This document shows, piece after piece, positions 29,483 through 37,848 of a stretch of 49,711 nucleotides of DNA. Each line of letters begins with the position of its first letter. Position 1 is the first letter of the stretch. The position numbers and the translations under genes are program-made. The stretch spans positions 1 through 49,711 of the forward strand of contig JAPYSW010000004.1 in NCBI GenBank assembly GCA_029936395.1, read 5' to 3'. Source of the DNA: Candidatus Poseidoniia archaeon. Its GTDB lineage: Archaea; Thermoplasmatota; Poseidoniia; MGIII; CG-Epi1. Under the pieces are notes generated by a model. That model had not been told where the DNA came from and searched no databases. It saw only the letters and a list, made by a program, of their open reading frames with translations.

Positions 29483-30514
29483 TTAATCATTACCATTACA
29501 AGCGCCATCTTTCACATCACAAATATGAAACCATTTCCAAGTACTTTGACCATATTTGGGTGAGTTATCCGTTCCTAAATTATTAGTGAATTCTATTATA
29601 AGAGCGTAGTCTCCGCTACCCTTGGCTCCGTATATTTCATCTATATCAAAAAGGACTGGATTGAAAGCTGCACCAGCTTCAATATTACCTGATTGATAAA
29701 TAAACTTCATTTCATCACCTGAGTATTCAAAATCAATAACCTCAACTGAAACAGGATCTCTAGAATCATCATTATCCCAATACTCTTCACCTTTTCCAGA
29801 GTCGAATATCTCTTCTGAATGGTAAACTGTAATTTGGCCACTAACATATGGCACTACCATGATTGACTCACCTGAACTAGAATCTTCTTTATTGAGTATC
29901 TCACTGAAGAAATGTAAATTAGTTATAATTCCCTCCGAATCTTTGTCGATAGGCTCGCTACCATCGAAAAGAACTAGGTCAAACAGTGCACTGTCTGCAA
30001 ATTTATTAAGATTTACGGAGTCTGTAGCTTTCTGACCACCAAGTTCGATTTCAACCATATAATTTCCATTCATTTCAAATAAGTCTGAATACGATATCGA
30101 AACTGAAGTTTTACCACTATCATCTAAAGAAAATGAACCTTGAGATACTTGGATAGGACTGTCATAATACTCTACTGAACTTGGTGTGACAATAACTTTG
30201 TAGCTACCTTCTTTAGCCAGTTTACCAAAAGCTGGAGATGCTGCAAAAACACTAAAAGTGAATGTTACATCATTCTCATCTTTACCTTCATTGACATCAA
30301 TAAGGAGTGTAAGAGTTCCTGCACCCGAATAAAAACCAAAGTTAGTGAAAATCATAGAAGAAACCAATAATAAAATGACTAGAGAAACTCCAATAGCTAT
30401 TCTCAAATTTGTAAAAACAATAAGTTTAGTGCCTGAATCTGAGTCATCATCCCACTCTTCATCATCCCACTCTTCATCATCCCAGTCCTCATCAGCTGAC
30501 GGCATATGACGCAT
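29483..30514 (-). CDS. Hypothetical single-pass membrane protein with acidic Trp-repeat N-terminus
   Basis: DEDW-DDEEW-DDEEW-DDD, one TM, then a beta-rich domain; start may be 30505. Confidence 0.7.
   Translation of the reverse strand: MRHMPSADEDWDDEEWDDEEWDDDSDSGTKLIVFTNLRIAIGVSLVILLLVSSMIFTNFGFYSGAGTLTLLIDVNEGKDENDVTFTFSVFAASPAFGKLAKEGSYKVIVTPSSVEYYDSPIQVSQGSFSLDDSGKTSVSISYSDLFEMNGNYMVEIELGGQKATDSVNLNKFADSALFDLVLFDGSEPIDKDSEGIITNLHFFSEILNKEDSSSGESIMVVPYVSGQITVYHSEEIFDSGKGEEYWDNDDSRDPVSVEVIDFEYSGDEMKFIYQSGNIEAGAAFNPVLFDIDEIYGAKGSGDYALIIEFTNNLGTDNSPKYGQSTWKWFHICDVKDGACNGND
30444..30493. repeat. 15-bp coding tandem repeat (about 3.3 copies)
   Basis: tcatcatcccactct x2 + tcatcatcccagtcc + tcatc; encodes DDEEW units on the minus strand. 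Confidence 0.85.
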
Positions 30515-30554
30515 TCTGTATGTTAGTTCTTAAAGCCTTTCCATATCAATTAAA

Positions 30555-31844
30555 TTAATTGGAAATTGGCGGAACTTGCTCATGTTTACCAATGACATGA
30601 CTCAAAAAATCATGCTTCAACGCACCCTTTGCAATAAGGGCTAATACCTTATTCTTAATCTTTGAAGCTGGCATTGAGCCAACAAACATGTGTGTAAAGA
30701 ATTTTTTGGTTTCTTCATCTAAAGCTGCATATTTAATTAAACTATTAGGCATAACCATTAGTAAATGCCAACCAACTTTTAACCATTCCAAATCATCACC
30801 CCATTTACCACTCCAGGCATTATGATAAAGCATCATAGACTGCTTGTCAAATTTACCCTCTTTGAATAAGGCATCTAATGATTCCGCTGCAATACGGCCT
30901 GAATCTAAAGCATAATACAAACCTTCACCAGACAATGGTGAAACAAAACCACCTGCATCACCAATAACTAACATTCGATCACCAACAGTACATTTCATTC
31001 CCATTCCTACGGGAATATTTGAACCTGCAATCATTTTCCGATTAACTTCTATATCTTTAGGGAACCAGCCTTGTTCTTTCAAAGTATCAACATAATCAAG
31101 CAAATATTGACGTTCGTCCCATTTAGGATTATCTTTCTTAAGTTTCTTAATAATAGAACGAGGACATCCTATTCCAACGTTAAGAACAGTATCTTTAGAA
31201 AATGACCAACCATAACCATCTAAATTCTGATATTTGACATGAGCCATTGAAATACGTTCCTTGCCATATACTCTATCCATATATTCTCTACCTACTTCGA
31301 CTTCAAAATAAAGTGCAGTTGCAATGTCTTCATCTTTCCATTTCATAGGCATATTCTCTATTTCTCTAATTCTGCGAGAAACCATGTCAAAAGAACCTCC
31401 TGCACCAATTATTACATCGCTTGACAGTTCTTTACCATTTCTTAATTTAGTTACAACCTTATCCTCATTTACTTCAAAACTCTTTACAGCTACACCCTCA
31501 ATCAAAGTAGCACCTTCAGCGACAGCATATTTCACTAAAGTATTATCAAATTTTAAACGGCGGATATTGTAAAAGAAAGGCTTTTCACTAACATAATCTA
31601 CAGGTGTAAAATCAGGACCATAAACTATTCCACGAAAACATTTAGATTCAAGAAAGTCATCCCAATTAGAAATAATATGATCGAATTCTTCAATATGAAC
31701 ACACAAACCTCCGCCACAAGCTTTCTCGCGAGGGAATGTTGCTCTATCTACTAATGCTACTTTTTTCCCTTGTTTAGCCAAATAATAAGCTGCCGTTGCT
31801 CCAGCGGGGCCTGCACCCTCAACTAAAACATCATAATGATTCAA
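30555..31844 (-). CDS. Geranylgeranyl reductase family FAD-dependent oxidoreductase
   Basis: GAGPAG, FPREKACGGG, R.KFD..L, GYGW.F.K, GDAGGFVSPLSGEG.YYA..SG. Confidence 0.88.
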   Translation of the reverse strand: MNHYDVLVEGAGPAGATAAYYLAKQGKKVALVDRATFPREKACGGGLCVHIEEFDHIISNWDDFLESKCFRGIVYGPDFTPVDYVSEKPFFYNIRRLKFDNTLVKYAVAEGATLIEGVAVKSFEVNEDKVVTKLRNGKELSSDVIIGAGGSFDMVSRRIREIENMPMKWKDEDIATALYFEVEVGREYMDRVYGKERISMAHVKYQNLDGYGWSFSKDTVLNVGIGCPRSIIKKLKKDNPKWDERQYLLDYVDTLKEQGWFPKDIEVNRKMIAGSNIPVGMGMKCTVGDRMLVIGDAGGFVSPLSGEGLYYALDSGRIAAESLDALFKEGKFDKQSMMLYHNAWSGKWGDDLEWLKVGWHLLMVMPNSLIKYAALDEETKKFFTHMFVGSMPASKIKNKVLALIAKGALKHDFLSHVIGKHEQVPPISN

Positions 31845-32032
31845 TTCCGTTCCTGTTTCCGGTAACGAGTTACATAACCTGTAATTCTATTACGCATAGT
31901 TAAACTTCCCACATCTGTTAATTCTCCTACGACTAATTTATTATGATCAAAATCCTCAGTAAATCTCTCAGGAAAATTCCTAACTAATTCTATAGCTACG
32001 CGTTTGATGTATGTTGGCCTTACTCTACCCAT
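31841..32032 (-). CDS. rps17e: 30S ribosomal protein S17e
   Basis: MGRVRPTYIKR...FTEDFDHNK...MRNRITGYVTR. Confidence 0.97.
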   Translation of the reverse strand: MGRVRPTYIKRVAIELVRNFPERFTEDFDHNKLVVGELTDVGSLTMRNRITGYVTRYRKQERN

Positions 32033-32130
32033 GCATCCGCTTCACTTTTGGCCTCTATTTATAGTCTATTACCAATTACGGCTGTATTATTCGAGAGCAA
32101 AATAATTATATGGAGACCCGATAACCAACT

Positions 32131-32436
32131 GTGCTTAATGAAGCCTCAAGACTAGCTGGACTGACGGTTTATACCAGAAATGGACAACGTTTAGGCGTTG
32201 TTCATGATGTGTTACTTGACACAACACAACGTGTAATTTCCGCATTATTAATTACAGGAACGACACCCAGACTTGTTAAAGATAGTGAAAATATAATCAT
32301 ACCATATAGATGGGTTCAGGACCTAGATGACGTTATTATATTGAGATACTTTCCAGAAAAAATAGAATTAGCCAATAATGAAACTACAGAATTTAAATTC
32401 GAAGATGACGATGATGAATTTTATGATGAAAATTAG
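32131..32436 (+). CDS. PRC-barrel domain protein
   Basis: L.GLTVYT.NG..LG.V.DVLLD...IIIPYRWV..LDDVIIL; acidic tail. Confidence 0.85.
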   Translation: MLNEASRLAGLTVYTRNGQRLGVVHDVLLDTTQRVISALLITGTTPRLVKDSENIIIPYRWVQDLDDVIILRYFPEKIELANNETTEFKFEDDDDEFYDEN

Positions 32437-32457
32437 GCGAATACAAATACCAACGTT

Positions 32458-32465
32458 TTTTTATG
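32458..32465 (+). promoter_or_regulatory. Putative TATA box of tRNA-Gln
   Basis: TTTTTATG about 30 nt upstream of the mature tRNA 5' end. Confidence 0.45.
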
Positions 32466-32490
32466 CACCGAACCAAGCTGAACCTTGTTC

Positions 32491-32566
32491 AGCCCCGTAG
32501 TGTAGCGGTCCATCATTTGAGACTCTGGATCTTGAGACCCAGGTTCGAATCCTGGCGGGGCTACCA
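32491..32566 (+). tRNA. tRNA-Gln (anticodon CTG), CCA encoded
   Basis: Acceptor AGCCCCG/CGGGGCT, anticodon arm TGAGA-CT CTG GA-TCTTG, T arm CCAGG-TTCGAAT-CCTGG, then A-CCA; the A1-U72 pair is typical of archaeal tRNA-Gln. Confidence 0.95.
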
Positions 32567-32593
32567 CTAATTAATCCCAACCAATAAGACATT

Positions 32594-32767
32594 GTGAACT
32601 GGTGGACTATCCTTTTTGGAATTATGCTTGTCATTGCCTTAGTATGTGGGTGGCTAGTATGGGTCTCACGTTTTGTGTGGCAAGACCAAAAATTAGCTAT
32701 AAGATATGCTGCAATAAGTGGTGCTGCAACTTTAGTTGTGATGATAATAGGAATGGAAAAATTATGA
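32594..32767 (+). CDS. Small two-TM membrane protein (57 aa, not in ORF track)
   Basis: Hand translation MNWWTILFGIMLVIALVCGWLVWVSRFVWQDQKLAIRYAAISGAATLVVMIIGMEKL; ATGA overlap with the next gene. Confidence 0.7.
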   Translation: MNWWTILFGIMLVIALVCGWLVWVSRFVWQDQKLAIRYAAISGAATLVVMIIGMEKL

Positions 32768-33102
32768 AAAAAAACGAGATCTTACTAAAAAAACCAACTA
32801 AGAATCCCGACCCCAAAATAAGTTCAAAGAATGATGGAGATGTAGTTGTAATAACCTATCCTAAAGATTTTGGATCCATAGAAAAATGGTTTCACGACAG
32901 AATCGGAGGTCCAGAAATAATCAAAAGACCTCTTGACAAATATACTACTCTTATTTGGGAACTGTGTAATGGTAAAAATTCAGTTAAGGACATAGTGGAT
33001 ATCTTTGATTCACGATTTGGAGAAGAAGTAGCACCTGCGGCCAGTAGAGTACAAATATTTCTTGAAAAATTACTAGAATTAAACCTAATAATACTAGAAT
33101 AA
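32764..33102 (+). CDS. Stand-alone PqqD-family (RRE) protein
   Basis: LDKYTTLIWELCNGKNSVKDIV..F...FGEE......RV..FL..L...NLI; start refined to ATG 32764. Confidence 0.8.
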   Translation: MKKNEILLKKPTKNPDPKISSKNDGDVVVITYPKDFGSIEKWFHDRIGGPEIIKRPLDKYTTLIWELCNGKNSVKDIVDIFDSRFGEEVAPAASRVQIFLEKLLELNLIILE

Positions 33103-33150
33103 TTCAAACCAATATTATTATATCCTATATCAGAAGGACCATATTAGTAG

Positions 33151-34155
33151 ATGAGTGAAATAACTTTTGATTGGAAACCGGGAATAGAAGAGGTTTGCCT
33201 AAAACTCAAGGGAAAAAAAAGAATTGGAATTCAGGTTCCCGATGGATTAAAAACAAAATCTCATGAAATAGTAACCTTTGTAACTAAACTGACGGATGCC
33301 AAAGTCGTACTCTGGGGTGAACCAACGTATGGCGCTTGTGACTTAGCAGATAGGCCTTTAGAAGAAATTGGAGCAGACGCCCTAATTCATATGGGTCATT
33401 TACCCATGCCTTATCATTCAGAATTCTATGCAATTCCTACTTTTTTTGTTCCCGTAAGACACACCGGAAAACTATCACTTGGGAAAAAGGCAATATTAGA
33501 ATTAAAAAATATACTTCCTCATAAAATTGGAGTCGTTACCACAGCTCAACATCTACATATGATTGATAGTGCAGGAGAAATACTAGAAAAAGAAGGATTT
33601 GATACTAGTGTAACTACTGGTGGTCCAAGATTAGCTGCTGCAGGACAACTTTTAGGTTGTAATTCATCTGCAGCTAGAAAATTAAACGTTGACGGATATC
33701 TATACATTGGAACTGGATTATTTCATCCATTGACTGTCGCTCTCTCAACAGGCAAACCAGTTGCATGCCTAGAACCTCATAATGGTACCGTGACTATAGC
33801 CGATCCTAGGCCTTTCTTGAAGCAGCGATATGCAGCTATGTCTGTAGCTACAGATGCAAAAAGGTGGGCCATACTTTTCTCAAACCAAATTGGGCAAAAA
33901 AGGATAGAATTAGCCGATAAAATTGAAGAATTACTAATTGAAAATGGAAAGGAAACTATTATGATTGGAAGCATGCACCAATCTCATGAACAATTATTGG
34001 GATTGGGAATAGATGCTGCAGTTATTACGGCATGCCCTAGGCTGGCAATTGAAGATGGACCAACATGGCCGATACCATTACTAACAGTTCCAGAAACCCA
34101 AATATTAATGGGGAAAAGGGACCCCGAACCCTATCCTTTTGATGAATTTGCTTGA
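33151..34155 (+). CDS. dph2: Diphthamide biosynthesis enzyme Dph2
   Basis: IQVPDGLK, YGACD, HMGH, TTAQH, GQLLGC, GTGLFH, TACPRLAIED (three Fe-S Cys). Confidence 0.93.
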   Translation: MSEITFDWKPGIEEVCLKLKGKKRIGIQVPDGLKTKSHEIVTFVTKLTDAKVVLWGEPTYGACDLADRPLEEIGADALIHMGHLPMPYHSEFYAIPTFFVPVRHTGKLSLGKKAILELKNILPHKIGVVTTAQHLHMIDSAGEILEKEGFDTSVTTGGPRLAAAGQLLGCNSSAARKLNVDGYLYIGTGLFHPLTVALSTGKPVACLEPHNGTVTIADPRPFLKQRYAAMSVATDAKRWAILFSNQIGQKRIELADKIEELLIENGKETIMIGSMHQSHEQLLGLGIDAAVITACPRLAIEDGPTWPIPLLTVPETQILMGKRDPEPYPFDEFA

Positions 34156-34192
34156 AGGTTAAGCTATTAAACTTGCCTGTTTTGAATAATTT

Positions 34193-34744
34193 GTGAGTAC
34201 CATCAAAGTTGAAAATGTAATTGCCGTATCCCATCTCGGGAAGACACTAGAATTAATCACATTAGCAACAGAGTTACCTAACGCTAGATATTCCAGTTCA
34301 GGTAATCCTTCAGTCATTATTGAAATGGATACTAACAGTTCCAAAAAAGCAGCAGGCGTATTATTCAGTAATGGTAAAGCCTTGATTACAGGTGTAACAA
34401 CTCTGAATGAAGGTAAAAATATCATGATTAAGTTAAAAGAATTAGTAAAAAATGTTGATTCAAAAGTTAGTACAAAAAGAGCTACTAAATTAGAAAACAT
34501 GGTCGTCAAAGAAAATATTGGCAAAATAGTTGATCTAAAAGCTATGGCTTTAGCAATACCTGGTGCTGAATATGACCCACTACGTTTCCAAGGACTAGTA
34601 CTAAGAATGGACAAACCTGATGCTAGTTTTATTATTTTTCAGTCTGGAGTATTAATTGTTACAGATGTCATTAGTGAGGCAAAAGCTAAAAAAGCTTTGA
34701 AAGAATTGAAAATATTCATGACAGAAAGTGGCATTGCTTCATAA
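34193..34744 (+). CDS. tbp: TATA-box-binding protein (divergent)
   Basis: Two TBP repeats: IKVENVIA...LFSNGKALITG and LENMV...AEYDP.RFQGLVLRM.KP.ASFIIFQSG. Confidence 0.8.
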   Translation: MSTIKVENVIAVSHLGKTLELITLATELPNARYSSSGNPSVIIEMDTNSSKKAAGVLFSNGKALITGVTTLNEGKNIMIKLKELVKNVDSKVSTKRATKLENMVVKENIGKIVDLKAMALAIPGAEYDPLRFQGLVLRMDKPDASFIIFQSGVLIVTDVISEAKAKKALKELKIFMTESGIAS

Positions 34745-35673
34745 TGAAATATACACGTCTGGAAATACTCAGTAATGCTATTGATATTGCAGTAAAAGAT
34801 TCATGTAACAAGGCTGTCACAGTATCTTTTTCGGGAGGAATTGATTCGACTTTAGTAGCTTTTTTAGCTAAAAAATATTCGGACGTCGAACTTATCGCAG
34901 TGGGAACTCCAAAATCTCATGATTTAGAAGCTGCAAAAACAGCTGCGGAAATGATTGAAATGGATCTTACTATTATTGAGATTGAACCTAAAGAAATGGT
35001 TATCGAGGGGTTTAATATGCAAAAAAAAATTAACCTGAAAGCTATTGAAGTTGAATTCATGTTACCATTTTGGATAGTTGCTAAAAACTCAAATAATCCC
35101 ATATTAATGTGTGGTCAGGGTGCAGATGAATTATTTGGAGGATACGCTAGATTTAGAAAGGAGGGTATTGTGAATGATTTGTCAAAAGAAGTTGATGATT
35201 TAAATAAAAGATTAAAGAACAGAGAAAAGAAAATAGCCGAAATATTTGATTTAGAACTTTCGTGTCCTTATCTTTCAGAAAATGTAGTTGAAGCTGCTAA
35301 TTCCTTTAGTGAAGAAGAACGCATCGGAGATGTCGGTAAAGTTCCACTTAGACAAGCTGCTCAAAAACTGGGATTACCAAAAGAAATTACAGACAGGAAG
35401 AAAAAGGCCGCACAATATGGAAGTGGGAGTCAAAAAGCAATACGAGATATTATTAAACATAAAATTGAATTGGAAATAGTATTTGATTCAAATATTATTG
35501 CTAAATCAGTAGCTAAATCAACTGAACCTGAAAATATAGGTTGGGTTGAAACAAACGTTGTTGATAATAAAATAAAAGCTATTATTAAAGCTGAAAATTT
35601 AGGTAGTTTAAGAGAAGCTACTGAAGATTTTATGGCTTGTATTTCAGTCGCTGAAAAAGTAACTAAACAATAG
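34744..35673 (+). CDS. Asparagine-synthase-like adenine-nucleotide alpha-hydrolase fused to a C-terminal Pcc1-like domain
   Basis: FSGGIDS PP-loop, GQGADELFGGY, K..LR..A, KKAAQYGSG; no glutaminase domain; last ~70 aa resemble Pcc1. Confidence 0.75.
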   Translation: MKYTRLEILSNAIDIAVKDSCNKAVTVSFSGGIDSTLVAFLAKKYSDVELIAVGTPKSHDLEAAKTAAEMIEMDLTIIEIEPKEMVIEGFNMQKKINLKAIEVEFMLPFWIVAKNSNNPILMCGQGADELFGGYARFRKEGIVNDLSKEVDDLNKRLKNREKKIAEIFDLELSCPYLSENVVEAANSFSEEERIGDVGKVPLRQAAQKLGLPKEITDRKKKAAQYGSGSQKAIRDIIKHKIELEIVFDSNIIAKSVAKSTEPENIGWVETNVVDNKIKAIIKAENLGSLREATEDFMACISVAEKVTKQ

Positions 35674-35709
35674 AGTAAAGCTAACAAAGACTAACCTTTG
35701 TAACACTCT

Positions 35710-36045
35710 ATGAGTCAAACTTATGCTGAGATGCTAGCAAAAGTAAAAGAATTCCATGATAAGCATGAATTTAGCAAAAAAAAGAATAATGGTCATGATA
35801 TGGCCTATCGAATATTACTAACTATTGAAGAATTAGGTGAATTGGCTGAATGTTTTACAAAAGGAAAACTTCAATCTGAAAAAGCTGAAGAATTAGCAGA
35901 TATTTTGATTCTGACAATAGGTCATGCGATTGCAATGGATGTAGATTTAGAAGCTTCATTCAATGATAAAATGAAAGAGATTATGACTCGACCAGCTATA
36001 AGAGGAGAACTAGGAATTAGAGTTACAAAATACAAACAAAAATAG
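35710..36045 (+). CDS. MazG-like nucleotide pyrophosphohydrolase
   Basis: EELGELAE...AEELADIL all-alpha NTP-PPase motif. Confidence 0.85.
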   Translation: MSQTYAEMLAKVKEFHDKHEFSKKKNNGHDMAYRILLTIEELGELAECFTKGKLQSEKAEELADILILTIGHAIAMDVDLEASFNDKMKEIMTRPAIRGELGIRVTKYKQK

Positions 36046-36085
36046 CTTGGCAAATACTAAATATAATACTCTTTATGTTTAAAAC

Positions 36086-37228
36086 GTGTCTCTACCAAAA
36101 GATAATAAAGATTCAATTGCTGAACCTGTAAAAGGACTCGAAGGTATCGTCGCTGCCGACACTAAATTAAGCTCTGTGAATGGGGAAAAAGGCATTCTAC
36201 GATATTGTGGATATAATATTGATGATCTAGCATTTGATACGACTTTTGAAGAAACCATTTGTTTACTTTACGATACTGAATTGCCAAATAAAGAACGTCT
36301 TGATGAAATGACTAAGAGAATCGGTGAAGCAAGAGTTCTTCCAGAAGAAGTAATAAAAGTAATAACTGAATTGTCTGGTAAAACTTCTCCAATGAGCACA
36401 TTAAGAACTGTAGTCTCAAGTTTAGGACACTTTGAAAAGAATGTTCCTCTAAATGAGTTGCCTCCAAAGGCTTTACGTTTAGTTGGCCAAATATCTACTG
36501 CAGTTGCAATTATACACCGACTTAGAGAAGGACTGCCACTCATTGAAGCAGATCCAAATAGGGGGCATGCTGAAGATTTCTTGCGAATGTTGCATGGAAA
36601 AGAACCAACGAATATCCAAATTCAAGCATTAAACCTTTATCTTATTTTATTAGCAGATCATGGTTTTAATGCATCCACATTCTCAGCTAGAGTAACTGCA
36701 GGAACTCTAGCAAATATGCATTCAGCAATAACTTCGGCAGTTGGAACACTAAGTGGCCCATTACATGGTGGAGCTAATGAAAAGGCTATGGAAATGATTA
36801 TTGAAGTTGGAAAGGTAGAGAATGCCTCTGCTTTTATCGAAAATGCATTGAATACTAAACAAAAAATAATGGGCTTTGGACATCGAGTTTACAAAGTAGA
36901 TGATGCGCGAAAAACACATCTCAAGGGTATGGCTAAAAAACTCTGGGAAGAAAGAGGTGAAATGGAACTTTTTAATGTCTCTGAAGAAATTGAAAAACAA
37001 GTAAAAGCCAGAAAAGAAATTATTACAAATGTTGATTTCTATTCAGCCCCGCTTCTCTATGGACTTGATATCCCTACTGACTTATTCACACCACTTTTTG
37101 CAATGTCAAGAGTGGCTGGCTGGACTGCACATGTATTAGAGCAATATAAGAATAATAGATTAATTAGGCCAAGAGCTAGATATGTTGGAACTATTGATCG
37201 AACTTTTAGACCTATCGAACAGAGATAA
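36086..37228 (+). CDS. Citrate / 2-methylcitrate synthase
   Basis: KGLEG, DHGFNASTF, GPLHGGANE, MGFGHRVYK..D.R, NVDFYS, LIRP. Confidence 0.93.
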   Translation: MSLPKDNKDSIAEPVKGLEGIVAADTKLSSVNGEKGILRYCGYNIDDLAFDTTFEETICLLYDTELPNKERLDEMTKRIGEARVLPEEVIKVITELSGKTSPMSTLRTVVSSLGHFEKNVPLNELPPKALRLVGQISTAVAIIHRLREGLPLIEADPNRGHAEDFLRMLHGKEPTNIQIQALNLYLILLADHGFNASTFSARVTAGTLANMHSAITSAVGTLSGPLHGGANEKAMEMIIEVGKVENASAFIENALNTKQKIMGFGHRVYKVDDARKTHLKGMAKKLWEERGEMELFNVSEEIEKQVKARKEIITNVDFYSAPLLYGLDIPTDLFTPLFAMSRVAGWTAHVLEQYKNNRLIRPRARYVGTIDRTFRPIEQR

Positions 37229-37272
37229 TTTATACAAAGACATTAAAACGGGTACATTTCTCATCAATAGTT

Positions 37273-37848
37273 ATGATTTCCATCGAAGAAGCTAGAGAAG
37301 CAATTCGAAATGGGGAAATTGTGATTTATCCAACTGACACAGTCTTAGGAATGGGATGTGACCCATTTAATCAAACGGCAGTTGACAAACTTTTTGAAAT
37401 TAAGGGAAAACAAAGTGATGGTCTCAGTATTATGTTAAATAATAAAAAAGAAATTTATAATTATTGTGAAGTAAATAAGAAATACGAAAAGATTATTTCA
37501 GATTTCCTACCAGGCCCTATAACTCTCATAATGAAATCTAAAAAGAAATTTGCAAAAGGAGTTACTAAAAATGGAAATATTGCAATAAGAATACCATTGA
37601 ATAAAACGGCAAATGATTTGGCAAAAGATAAACCAGTCATAACTACAAGTGCGAATATTCATGGTGAAAAAATTGCAGCGAATATAAAAGAGGCTAAGAA
37701 CATCTTTCAAAATAATTGTTATTATTTAGATGGAGATAAACCAACAAATATTGAATCTACTATCATTGATTTATCGAAAGACAGACCCGAAATAAGACGT
37801 ATTGGTGCTTTATACTCAACTATTCTGGAGGGTATGTTTGAATTCTGA
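37273..37848 (+). CDS. L-threonylcarbamoyladenylate synthase (YrdC/Sua5, short TsaC-like form)
   Basis: YPTDTVLG.GC, PGPITL, IAIRIP, TTSAN, STIID. Confidence 0.9.
   Translation: MISIEEAREAIRNGEIVIYPTDTVLGMGCDPFNQTAVDKLFEIKGKQSDGLSIMLNNKKEIYNYCEVNKKYEKIISDFLPGPITLIMKSKKKFAKGVTKNGNIAIRIPLNKTANDLAKDKPVITTSANIHGEKIAANIKEAKNIFQNNCYYLDGDKPTNIESTIIDLSKDRPEIRRIGALYSTILEGMFEF

Noticed and set aside
30444-30493. Short tandem repeats here and at 41363-41428 as CRISPR or iterons
   Set aside because: No spacers, unit lengths are multiples of three, both lie inside coding frames, and no cas genes are present.
32491-32600. tRNA-Gln as an integration site for a mobile element
   Set aside because: No integrase and no duplicated tRNA 3' end noticed in the window; flanking genes are housekeeping.
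32602-32763. Cys-rich N-terminal extension of the 166-aa ORF (possible RiPP precursor or metal-binding region)
   Set aside because: It is the off-frame reading of the 57-aa membrane ORF 32594-32767; the PqqD protein starts at ATG 32764.
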